Source: Octopus vulgaris
Lineage: Eukaryota
DNA length: 64,000 nt
Assembly (NCBI GenBank): GCA_951406725.2
Contig: OX597818.1
Span: 128,526,001 to 128,590,000 of the forward strand
Reading direction: 5' to 3'
A program made the position numbers and the translations under genes. Positions 28,640 to 39,049 of the stretch are shown in pieces. Positions within the stretch are counted from its first letter, which is position 1. Every line of letters starts with the position of its first letter. The notes below the pieces were generated by a model, which worked only from the letters and a program-made list of their open reading frames with translations, ran no database searches and was not told the origin of the DNA.

Positions 28640-29241
28640 AATTCTGTAGGTTTTACTCTTTAAATGCTTTACAACATTTGTTTTTGAAAGTAGTAGTTTT
28701 CTGATTGCAGCCCTCCCATGAAACCTGGTTTTGTGCAGCTCCCAGCTAAAAGTTTTTGTGGAAACTGTTTCTCGGGGTGGCCATTAATCTCTGTAGTAAT
28801 TTCAGGAGCTGTACTTTTGTCATCCTTTCTAACAATTCGCGTAAAAATCCAACGGTCCCTATCTGAAAGTTTTGGTTTTCTTCCGGAGTTTTGTTTCGAC
28901 AAGGAGGTCTTTCCCTCTTTCTCAAAGTCTGACATTACTTTCAAGACAGTACTTTTCGATACACCAAACATTTCAGCTGTTTACATTATGCTAGTACCTG
29001 CTATACAAGCACCAACAATTTGACCTCTTTGAAAGTCCAATAGATCTGTCATTTTAATAAATTTTAATTACCTTTTTCTGATTATATGTGAAAAGAAACA
29101 GCAATTTAAGTAAAACATATTAAACAACACTAATAATAAATCAAAAAACATAAAAATAAACAAGCTTTTGACAGTTTTATAGATATTTCAAAATTATGAT
29201 GCTATGATGCTACGTGTTTCCATTATTTTGTCCAACCTCTG
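28640..29241 (-). mobile_element. Tc1 transposon 5' half (TIR and paired-like HTH)
   Basis: TA|cagaggttggacaaaataatggaaacac terminus; FGVSKSTVLKVM...SGRKPKLSDRDR. Confidence 0.85.
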
Positions 29242-29242
29242 T

Positions 29243-29289
<47 letters not shown>

Positions 29290-29427
29290 TATATCATCAT
29301 CATCATCATCATCGTTTAACATCCGTTCTCCATGCTAGCATGGGCTGGACGGTTCAACCGGGGATCTGGGAAGCCAGAAGGCTGCACCAGGCTCCGGTCT
29401 TATCTGGCAATGTTTCTACAGCTGGAT

Positions 29428-29474
<47 letters not shown>

Positions 29475-29904
29475 CATATAATACAGGCATACACATACAC
29501 ACACTCACACACACATACACATATATATAACTATGTTAAAACACACACATCTGTTATGTTTCCTGCTGAGACCATCTCTAGGTAAATTTAATCTACCATT
29601 AGAATGTAGATTTATCAAATTTTTATTTCAATTTCTCTTCCTCATTGATGGATAACGTGGTGGTTTCTAGGTTGCATTATTGTCTCAGCTACCAAGGTTG
29701 GGTTCAAACTCACTGCATTCTCTAAACAGTGTTCTTACTATCCGAGAATGAATTGGTTCAAGGGGGAGAAAGTGAGTGAAAGAATTTCCTTCTCTGGTTG
29801 TATCATTGAGCATTGTTCATTGTATTAAGTTAATAACTGATGTGTTAGATATGGTGAGAGGGACATTTGTGTGAGGGTGATGGCAGGGACAATGGTACAT
29901 GATA

Positions 29905-30352
29905 GTGGCGGCAACGGCAGTGGTGGTGGTGGCACCGGCAGCAGTGGTGACGTTGGCGGTGGCGGCAGTGGTGGTGGTGGTGGTGGTGGTGTTGCTGGTG
30001 GTGGTGGCGGTGGTGGTGGTGGTGGCGGCAGTGGTGGTGGTGATGGTGGTGGTGATGGTGGTGGTGGTGGTGGTGGTGGTGATGGTGGTGGTGGCGGTGG
30101 CGGCAGTGGTGGTGTTGGTGGTGGTGGTGGCGGTGGTGGCAGTGGTGGTGTTGGTGGCGGTGGTGGCAGTGGTGGCAGTGGTGGTGGTGGTGGTGGTTTT
30201 GGCGGCAGTGGTGGTGGAGGTGTTGGTGATGGTGGCGTTGGCGGTGGCGGCAGTGGTGGTGTTGATGTTGGTGATGGTGGTGATGGCGGTGGTGGCAGTG
30301 GTGGTGTTGGTGATGGTGGTGGTGGTGGTGGCGGTGGCGGTGGCGGTGGTGT
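29905..30352. repeat. Imperfect (GGT)n/(GGC)n microsatellite
   Basis: Direct reading. Confidence 0.95.
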
Positions 30353-30734
30353 GATGGTAGCTGTAGTAGCAGCGACAACAACAATAGTGTGAAAACTATT
30401 GGGATACAGTCTGGTGGTTGTGGTGGTGGTGGTTACTGGAATGATGGTGTGGTGTTCATCCTGGTCGGAGGCTGTGATGAGGAATGAAGTTACCGTGGCC
30501 TTTGTTAAGTCCCACATCAACCTTGATCATGCAAACCTATGATTAAAAAGGTTCCAACTATGATAACCCCAACTTCCTTTTTTTTTTAGTCATAATATAG
30601 GTGCAGGCATGATCAAGTGGTACAAAGCTTGCTTTTCAACCACATGGTTTTGGGTTCAGCCCAACTGCGCGACACCTTGAGCAAGTGTCTGCTAATATAG
30701 CCTCAGTGACCAAAACCAGAGCCTTGTGAGTCAG

Positions 30735-30926
30735 ACATTTGCTATGATAGCTCGCTAGCCACTACACTTTCTTTATTTTTCTCTCCTTGTTTCTTTCTGT
30801 GTTCCTTTCTGTGGAAGAGCAGAGGCTCGAAATGTTAAAGACTTTTTCACTTCTCAAGCATTATACTAATACATCTGTCTGTTGTCTACACTACCTGTTT
30901 TCGTCTATTGTTTTTTTGTGAATTCT

Positions 30927-30930
<4 letters not shown>
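30735..30930 (+). mobile_element. Penelope-like terminal-repeat fragment with hammerhead-like core; second copy at about 41420-41630
   Basis: ccttt-ctgtgga-a-gagc-agag-gctc-gaaa-tgtt-aaag; ends in (TA)n. Confidence 0.55.
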
Positions 30931-30968
<38 letters not shown>

Positions 30969-30995
30969 GAAGGTTTGGAGATGATGTACAGGTAT

Positions 30996-31290
30996 TATAT
31001 ATTAGAAGAAATGAGGTACTCAGAAGATCGGATGGTTTATATTTACAGATATTTATTTGTATATTACATTTTATATATATATATATCATATCATTTAGAT
31101 CATTAGCGCTTTCTCCCATTCTATTGGGGTTTTCAAATCAAACTTTGATTTGAAAACCCCACTAGAATGGGAGAAAGCGCTAATGATCTAAGTGATATGA
31201 TATATATATATATAAAATGTAATATACAAATAAATATCTGTAAATATAAACCATCCGATCTTCTGAGTACCTTATTTCTTCTAATATATA
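30996..31290. repeat. Near-perfect palindrome, 147-bp arms, 1-nt centre (31143)
   Basis: ...ggggttttcaaatcaaa c tttgatttgaaaacccc...; only a few mismatches. Confidence 0.95.
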
Positions 31291-31307
31291 TATATATATA
31301 TATATAT

Positions 31308-32708
31308 CAGGTGGTGAAGGTTACGGAGAGGGTCATAGCCCAACTAATTAGAGAGAGAGTTAGTTTAGATGAGATGCAGTTTGGGTTTGTGCCAGGGAAA
31401 AGTACTACTGATGCTATATTCCTGGTAAGGCAGCTGCAGGAGAAATACCTAGCCAAAGATAAGCCCCTGTACCTGGCTTTTGTTGACATGGAGAAAGCCT
31501 TCGACAGGGTCCCCCGATCCCTTATCTGGTGGGCAATGAGGAAACTAGGGATAGATGAATGGTTAGTGAGAGCTGTGCGGACCATGTATAGGGACACTGC
31601 TAGTAGGGTGAGGGTTGGAAACGAGTACAGTGAAGAATTCCGGGTAGAGGTAGGGGTCCACCAAGGCTCAGTACTCAGCCCCCTCCTATTTATCATAGTC
31701 CTCCAGGCAATAACGGAGGAATTCAAGATAGGATGCCCTTGGGAGCTCCTCTATGCTGATGACCTTGCTCTAATTGCGGAGTCGCTATCAGAACTGGAGG
31801 AGAAGTTTCAGGTGTGGAAACAAGGATTAGAATCGAAGGGCCTCAGAGTCAATCTAGCTAAAACCAAAGTCATAATCAGTAGGAAGGTAGACAAATCACA
31901 AACGCCTTCAGGTAGATGGCCCTGCTCGATCTGTAGAAAAGGTGTAGGTAGAAACTCTATAAGATGCACCAAGTGTAAGCTATGGACACATAAGAGGTGC
32001 AGCAATGTCAAAGGAAGGCTAACTAGGAAGATGGTTTTTGTATGTGGCAGATGCTCAGGAACAATAAACACTGAAAATGCTCTGAGACCAACTTCCGTCA
32101 CTTTCCAGGGAAAAAAACTAGAAATAGTTGATAGTTTCCGTTACCTAGGTGACCAAGTCAGCAGCGGGGGCGGGTGTGCTGAAAGTGTAACTGCTAGAGT
32201 AAGAATAGCTTGGGCAAAGTTCAGAGAGCTCTTACCTCTGCTGGTGACAAAAGGCCTCTCGCACAGAGTGAAAGGCAGACTGTATGATGCATGTGTACGA
32301 ACAGCCATGCTACATGGCAGTGAAACATGGGCCGTGACTGCTGAGGATATGCGTAAGCTCGCAAGCAATGAAGCCAGTATGCTCCGATGGATGTGTAATG
32401 TCAGTGTTCATAATCGACAGAGTGTAAGTACCTTGAGAGAAAAGCTGGACCTAAGAAGCATCAGTTGTGGTGTGCAAGAGAGACGTTTGCGCTGGTATGG
32501 TCATGTGGCGAGAATGGATGAAGATAGTTGTGTGAAAAAGTGCCACACCCTAGCGGTTGAGGGAACCTGTGGAAGAGGCAGACCCAAGAAAACCTGGGAC
32601 GAGGTGGTGAAGCACGACCTTCGAACTTTAGGTCTCACTGAGGAAATGACTAGAGACCGAGTCCTCTGGAAGTGTGCTGTGCGCGAGAAGACCCGGCAGG
32701 ACAAGTGA
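31308..32708 (+). CDS. RTE reverse transcriptase (partial, lacks N-terminus and endonuclease) with inserted PHD-like zinc finger
   Basis: QFGFVPGKSTTDAIF, FVDMEKAFDRVPR, GVHQGSVLSPLLF, YADD (31752-31763), FRYLG, LHGSETW, RLRWYGHV, RGRPKKTW. Confidence 0.93.
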   Translation, partial: QVVKVTERVIAQLIRERVSLDEMQFGFVPGKSTTDAIFLVRQLQEKYLAKDKPLYLAFVDMEKAFDRVPRSLIWWAMRKLGIDEWLVRAVRTMYRDTASRVRVGNEYSEEFRVEVGVHQGSVLSPLLFIIVLQAITEEFKIGCPWELLYADDLALIAESLSELEEKFQVWKQGLESKGLRVNLAKTKVIISRKVDKSQTPSGRWPCSICRKGVGRNSIRCTKCKLWTHKRCSNVKGRLTRKMVFVCGRCSGTINTENALRPTSVTFQGKKLEIVDSFRYLGDQVSSGGGCAESVTARVRIAWAKFRELLPLLVTKGLSHRVKGRLYDACVRTAMLHGSETWAVTAEDMRKLASNEASMLRWMCNVSVHNRQSVSTLREKLDLRSISCGVQERRLRWYGHVARMDEDSCVKKCHTLAVEGTCGRGRPKKTWDEVVKHDLRTLGLTEEMTRDRVLWKCAVREKTRQDK

Positions 32709-32780
32709 GTCCATAACCCGTGGCCTTCTAGTTGGGATGGAGCCAGCCTACGTATGCATACCTTCCCTTCTTGGGACACA

Positions 32781-33072
32781 AAACTCTACTTGTGAAGACC
32801 TGTTGAGGCAAGTGAGGATCAGAATGGAAATCGATCAATGGAAATTGCAGATGTGTTACCAGTGCCGGTGGCATGTCGAAACTCTATTTGTGAAGACCCG
32901 TTGAGGCAAGTGAGGATCAGAATGGAAATCGATCAATGGAAATTGCAGATGTGTTACCAGTGCTGGTGGCATGTCGAAACTCTACTTGTGAAGACCCGTT
33001 GAGGCAAGTGAGGATCAGAATGGAAATCGATCAATGGAAATTGCAGATGTGTTACCAGTGCCGGTGGCATGT
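32781..33072 (+). repeat. Three tandem 98-bp repeats in the RTE 3' UTR
   Basis: aaactcta starts at 32781, 32879 and 32977. Confidence 0.95.
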
Positions 33073-33446
33073 AAGAGAACCTTCCGTTTCGCGACCGTTG
33101 CCAGCACCGCCCCGTTTCGTGTCCGTTGCCAACCTCGCCTGGCCCTTGTGCCGGTGGCACATAAAAAGCACCATCCGTTTGTGGCCGTTTGCCAGCTCTG
33201 TCTGGCACCTGTGCGGGTGGCACGTAAAAAGCACCCACTACACTCACGGAGTGGTTGGCGTTAGGAAGGGCATCCAGCCGTAGAAACACTGCCAGATTTG
33301 ACTGGGCCTGATGAAGCCTTCTGGCTTCACAGACCCCAGTAGAACCGTCCAACCCATGCTAGCATGGAAAACGGACGCTAAACGACGATGATGATGATGA
33401 TGATATATATATATATATATATATACATACATATATATATATATAT

Positions 33447-33482
<36 letters not shown>

Positions 33483-33483
33483 G

Positions 33484-33720
33484 GTTAGAGCATCAGGTTC
33501 ACAATAATGAGGTAGTGAGTTCAATTCCTGGACCAGGCTGTGTGTTGTGTTCTTGAGTAAGACACTTTGTTTCATGATGCTCCATTTCAGCTTTGCCTTT
33601 TCCTTGGCTTGTATGCATAGGCAACTGCTGTTCCATAAACAACATTGCCCGGACTTGTGCCCAGGAGGGAAACTTTCTAAGTGTAATCCCATAGTCATTC
33701 ATGACTGAAGGGGGTCTTCC
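33484..33720 (+). mobile_element. SINE family D copy (internally deleted)
   Basis: Reverse complement similar to 10375-10716. Confidence 0.8.
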
Positions 33721-33741
33721 TCTTTTCTCTCTCTCTCCCTC

Positions 33742-33774
<33 letters not shown>

Positions 33775-34172
33775 CTTTACTCTTTACTCTTTTACTTGTT
33801 TCAGTCATTTGACTGTGGGCATACTGGAGCACTGCTTTAGTTGAGCAAATTGACCCCAGAACTTATTCTTTGTAAGCCTAGTACTTATTCTATCAGTCTC
33901 TTTTGCCAAACTGCTAAGTTATGGCAGCGGTTGTCAAGCGATGTTGGGGGGACAAACACAGACATACAAACAAACACACGCACACACACACACACACACA
34001 CACATGCATATATACGATGGGCTTCTTTCAGTTTCCATCTACTAAATCCACTCACAAGGCTTTGGTTGGCCCGAGGCTATAGTAGAAGACACTTGCCCAA
34101 GGTGCCACACAGTGGGACTGAACTCGGAACCATGTGGTTGGTAAGCAAGCTACTTACCACACAGCCACTCCT
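33775..34172 (-). mobile_element. SINE family A
   Basis: Reverse complement of 35611-36015. Confidence 0.9.
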
Positions 34173-34176
34173 ACAC

Positions 34177-34211
<35 letters not shown>

Positions 34212-34229
34212 TCACCATATATATATATA

Positions 34230-35135
34230 TGGAACTCGACTGAGGAAAGAAAACTCCGAATGACCCGTCCTTGTTTTCTTTGTATCATCTGTCTGGATGT
34301 TTTGCGTTCTTGTCCCATTTTTGTATTTATTATATATAAAAATATAGCGGTGTATGTACACTTTGGTCTCTTATATGTAAGTATATATATATATCTAAAT
34401 TTTGTATGACTCTATTATTCTTTCTATTCTTTCATTCTTTCTGTCTTTCTATCAGCCCTTTCACACTTACTTCGTTCTTTAGTTCCCTTTCTCTCACATT
34501 TCCTGGCCTTCTCTTCATGCTCACTTTCCCTCCTCTTTCACTTCACTCTGTCCCTTTAATTTTTTTCTTCTCGCCCCTTCCTTAATTCTTCTATCCCTCT
34601 GCCTCTAGCTCTCTCTCTCTCTTCTCTCCCCACATGACCGGTGTTCGGCCAAGCCTGACCTTTCTTTCTTGGTTCGACTACCATCCATGCAACATCTATA
34701 TTCCTCCCTGTGCCTGTCAAATCTTATGTCCCTGCTGTAAGGCTTTACTTCCACACATGCCAGCTTAATTTAATTTGTCCTTAGTTGAAAAACACCTGTT
34801 GTTATGTCCTGTTAATTGCATTTGTATTTGTGTACCATTTCTCCAATTTTTTTCCATCTTTGTTTGCATATACATTCACTGCTTTCTTCCAAGGAATCTA
34901 ATGCTCTTAGCTTAGTCTTTCTTTGGGGCTGGCCAGATTGGAGCAATCTCGAATATAACCAGCCGAAATTGCAAAGATAATCTGGAACTCAACTGAAGAA
35001 AGAAAACTCCAAATGATCCATCCTTGTTTTCTTTGTATCGTCTGTCTAGATGTTTTGTTGTCCCTTTTTTGTATCACCTAACTCTCTGGATGTTTTGCGT
35101 TCTTCCCCATCTTTGTATTTTATATATATATATAT

Positions 35136-35145
<10 letters not shown>
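34230..35145 (+). mobile_element. Non-coding element with terminal direct repeats of about 110-150 bp inside TA microsatellite (pLTR-like)
   Basis: ggaactcgactgaggaaagaaaactcc...ctggatgttttgcgttctt at 34231 and again at 34984. Confidence 0.65.
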
Positions 35146-35170
<25 letters not shown>

Positions 35171-35610
35171 ATTTTTGTTTGTGTTTGCTCCCTGCACTCC
35201 GCCATTTAACAATTGGTGTTGGTGTGTTTATGTCCCCATAACTTAGTTGTTCAATACAATAAGTTCCAGGTTTAAAAAAGAAGTACTGGTGTCAGTTCAT
35301 TCTACCAAATATTCTTCAAAGTGGTGCCCCAGCATGGGCACAGTCTAATGGCTAAAACAGGTAAAAGATAAAAGATAGATATAACTAGAATAACATTAAC
35401 CAATGTTTTCTTTTCTTTTTTTATGACAATAGGATATAATTTGAGAGAGCTTTAACAGCTATTTCTAGCAGGTTGAGCAATGCTGTCATTGTAGAACAGC
35501 ACAATTGCACCTGCAACTCCATATTATTGCACCCAGAGGCTGGTATACACATGTATATAAAATATAGTCAATTTTTCAATTATAATATTTATAATATATT
35601 CGTATATAGC

Positions 35611-36015
35611 AGGAGTAGCTGTGTGGTAAGTAGCTTGTTTACCAACCACATGGTTCCGGGTTCAGCCCCACTGCGTGTCACCTTGGGCAAGTGTCTTCTA
35701 CTACAGCCTCGGGCCGACCAAAGCCTTGTGAGTGGATTTAGTAGACGGAAACTGAAAGAAGCCCGTCGTATATATGTATATATATATGCATGTGTGTGTT
35801 TGTGTGTCTGTGTTTGTCCCTCTAGCATTGCTTGACAACCAATGCTGGTGTGTTTATGTCCCCGTAACTTAGCAGTTCGGCAAAAGAGACCGATAGAATA
35901 AGTACTGGGCTTACAAAGAATAAGACCCGGGGTCGAGTTGCTCGATTAAAGGCGGTGCTCCAGCATGGCCGCAGTCAAAATGACTGAAACAAGTAAAAAG
36001 AGAGAGAAAAGAGAA
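35611..36015 (+). mobile_element. SINE family A, full length
   Basis: A box tagctgtgtggta, B box ggttcagccc, internal (TA)(TG) tract, purine-rich tail; more than 12 copies in the window. Confidence 0.93.
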
Positions 36016-36246
36016 AGATACCTATTTGCAATGTGGGTCGCATTTCCACTACGACTTAAAACAGAAAATCATCCGGTAATTGCCATTTGAATGGAAATTC
36101 TGTTTACACTATAAAACTCATATTGCTAGGTTTATACTACCCTCTTGAGACCCAACTAAACTCTAGCTGAAAAATATAAAAAACCTCATAAGTAATATAA
36201 ACGTCTTAAATTCAGTGGCAGCGTTAATGAAGATGTTATGTATTAA

Positions 36247-36758
36247 TTTAATGTTATCTTTATTAGTGTATATCGAATTATACATAGATATATATATACA
36301 AAATTTTCACAGATATAAGAGTTAGAACTTGTAATCTGCCCGTGGATCTGTTTTTTGGGAAATTTTTGCCCGTCGCACTAGAATTTTACCCACCCCTGTT
36401 GTTGAAGTTATTGTTGGCATCCTTTTAATGTTATCTTTATTAGTGTATATCGAATTAAACATAGATATATATACAAAATTTTCACAAATATAAGAGTTAG
36501 AACTTGTAATCTGCCCGTGGATCTGTTTTTTGGGAAATTTTTGCCCGTCGCACTAGAATTTTCCCCACCCCTGTTGAAGTTATTGTTGGCATCCTTTTAA
36601 TATTATCTTTATTAGTGTATATCGAATTATACATAGATATATATACAAAATTTTCACAAATATAAGAGTTAGAACTTGTAATCTGCCCATGGATCTGTTT
36701 TTTGGGAAATGTTTGCCCGTCGCACTAGAATTTTCCCCACCCCTGTTGTTGAAGTTAT
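36247..36758. repeat. Three tandem copies of a 172-177 bp unit containing a hAT-like terminus
   Basis: tttaatgttatctttattagtg...cccacccctg repeated three times. Confidence 0.92.
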
Positions 36759-37181
36759 AATGGTATAATAATGGGGGTTATTTGGTGATAGTAGACCAAA
36801 TATTAACCCCAGAGCTGGTGGTGTTTGTAATGTGGTGTAGTCATGGTGCTAGTGTCATGCTAGTGAGGTGCTAGTATGATGGGAGTGTGGGGATATGTGA
36901 CAGTTTAGGGGGCGGGTAGAATGTTGTTGTGAAGGTAGGCAACCCAAGCAGGATGGGGTGCTGCTGTAACCGCTGTTGCCAACATTCTTATGTTGATGGA
37001 AGTGTTGGAGGCAGGATTGGAGGTGGGGGAGGGTGACAATGGAGTGGAAGTGGAGGTGGAGGTGGAAGTGGTGGTGGTGATGGTGTTGGTGGTGTTGGTA
37101 GTGGTGGTGATGATGCTGGTAGTGGTGGTGTTGAGGATAATAGAGTTAACGATGAAGATTAAGATGGCAACAGTGATTATT

Positions 37182-37325
37182 TACATTATTTATATTTGAT
37201 GGATATTTGTCCTCATCTTGTTTATTTTTAACACATTTTGGCTGATATACCCTCTAGCCTTCATCAGGTGTCTTGGGGAAATTTTGAACCTGGGTTCTCA
37301 TTCTTAAGGTATTTTTTGATGTTGC

Positions 37326-37394
<69 letters not shown>

Positions 37395-37395
37395 G

Positions 37396-37428
<33 letters not shown>

Positions 37429-37441
37429 ATTTTTATTAATA

Positions 37442-37488
<47 letters not shown>

Positions 37489-37653
37489 GTTATTATTATT
37501 ATTATTATTATTCAGATCACTTCTTGGAACCAAACTCGGAATCTTGAGGTTAGTAGCCCGCGCTCTTAACTAATACACCATATGCCCGTGGGGTAGTGGT
37601 TAAAAGCGTGGGCTACTAACACCCAAGATTCCGAGTTCAATTCCAAGCAGTGA

Positions 37654-37701
<48 letters not shown>

Positions 37702-37712
37702 TAATAATAATA

Positions 37713-37753
<41 letters not shown>

Positions 37754-37950
37754 AAAAATGATAATAATAGTAATGATAATAATAATAACATCAAAAATGA
37801 AAACCCAGGTTCAAAATTTCCTCAAGACACCTCATGAAGGCTGGAGGGTATATCAGCCAAAACGTTGTGTTAACAAGAAACAAGATGAGGACAAATATCC
37901 GTCAAATGTAAATAATGTACATAATTCCTCATCTCTTAATTATAGAACTG
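37182..37950. mobile_element. Head-to-head inverted dimer of a tRNA-headed, (AAT)n-containing element with hammerhead-like tail
   Basis: 37182-37570 is the reverse complement of 37599-37919; tRNA-like A/B boxes lie at the centre; hammerhead-like cores at 37230-37272 (-) and 37826-37871 (+). Confidence 0.8.
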
Positions 37951-38357
37951 TATGATAACAGTGATGTTGGTGATAGTGATGGAGGCACTATCAAGGATGT
38001 GCATATCAAATGGTGATAGTGGTGGTGGTGGTGGTGGTGGTGGTGCGCATGTGTGGGGGTGATTTTTGTTATCTCTTTCCTCTTTCTCTACTTCTTTGCT
38101 AGATACAGGATGCCTTCTAAACACTGTCACCAAACAAGAAACTTAGTCATGAATGTTATTTTAGAAGCAGCTATATAACATATTTAAAATGGTATCACTG
38201 TTGGCATGACCATTGCCAACAGCACCAGCAGCAGCATTAGCATCGCAAGCCCCACATCCTGTTTGCATTACTATCACCACCACCACCACCACCACCGCTT
38301 CCACCACCATCACCACCATTACCAGCATCATCACCATTATCAGCAGAACATATATAT

Positions 38358-38763
38358 ACTCTTTTTTCTCTTTTACTTGTTCCAGTCATTTGACTGCGGC
38401 CATGCTGGAGCACCGCCTTTAGTCGACCAAATCGACCCCGGGACTTATTCTTTGTAAGCCCAGTACTTATTCTATCGGTCTCTTTTGCCGAACCGCTAAG
38501 TGACGGGGACGTAAACACACCAGCATCGGTTGTCAAGCAATGCTAGGGGGACAAACACAGACACATAAACACACACATACATATATATATATATACATAT
38601 ATACGACAGGCTTCTTTCAGTTTCCGTCTACCAAATCCACTCACAAGGCATTGGTCGGCCCGGGGCTATAGCAGAAGACATTTGCCCAAGATGCCACGCA
38701 GTGGGACTGAACCCGGAACCATGTGGTTGGTTAGCAAGCTACTTACCACACAGCCACTCCTGC
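38358..38763 (-). mobile_element. SINE family A, full length, young
   Basis: Near-identical to the copies at 16250 and 62360. Confidence 0.93.
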
Positions 38764-38950
38764 ACCTTATAATAAGTAAAGTAACCAAAGTGTTAAGAAT
38801 GTATCTCAAATCAAAGACAAACACCTAACAAACCAACCAACAAAACCACCATGGCTACATTTTCATATTCTATTGGTTAATAATGTAGGATTTAAAATAT
38901 TTTTTTGTAAGTGCTTTCGTTATATCTTTCCACACACACATGCATGCATG

Positions 38951-38990
<40 letters not shown>

Positions 38991-39049
38991 GTGAGAAAAC
39001 CATTCTTAAACTTCTAAGTTATGGTGTGAAGGAGTATAATAAACAAGAG

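Larger units (their letters stand above)
31308..33402 (+). mobile_element. Young 5'-truncated RTE-clade LINE
   Basis: Open RT frame, 3' UTR with three 98-bp repeats and a (GAT)n tail. Confidence 0.95.

Noticed and set aside
29825-30520. Gly-rich or Pro-rich structural protein ORFs
   Set aside because: (GGT)n microsatellite, open in most frames
31167-31307. N-terminal 47 aa of the 513-aa ORF
   Set aside because: Derived from the palindrome arm and TA tract; in frame with the RT only by chance
37513-37660. Functional tRNA genes (also the SINE heads elsewhere)
   Set aside because: No complete acceptor stem or poly-T terminator; they continue into repeat bodies
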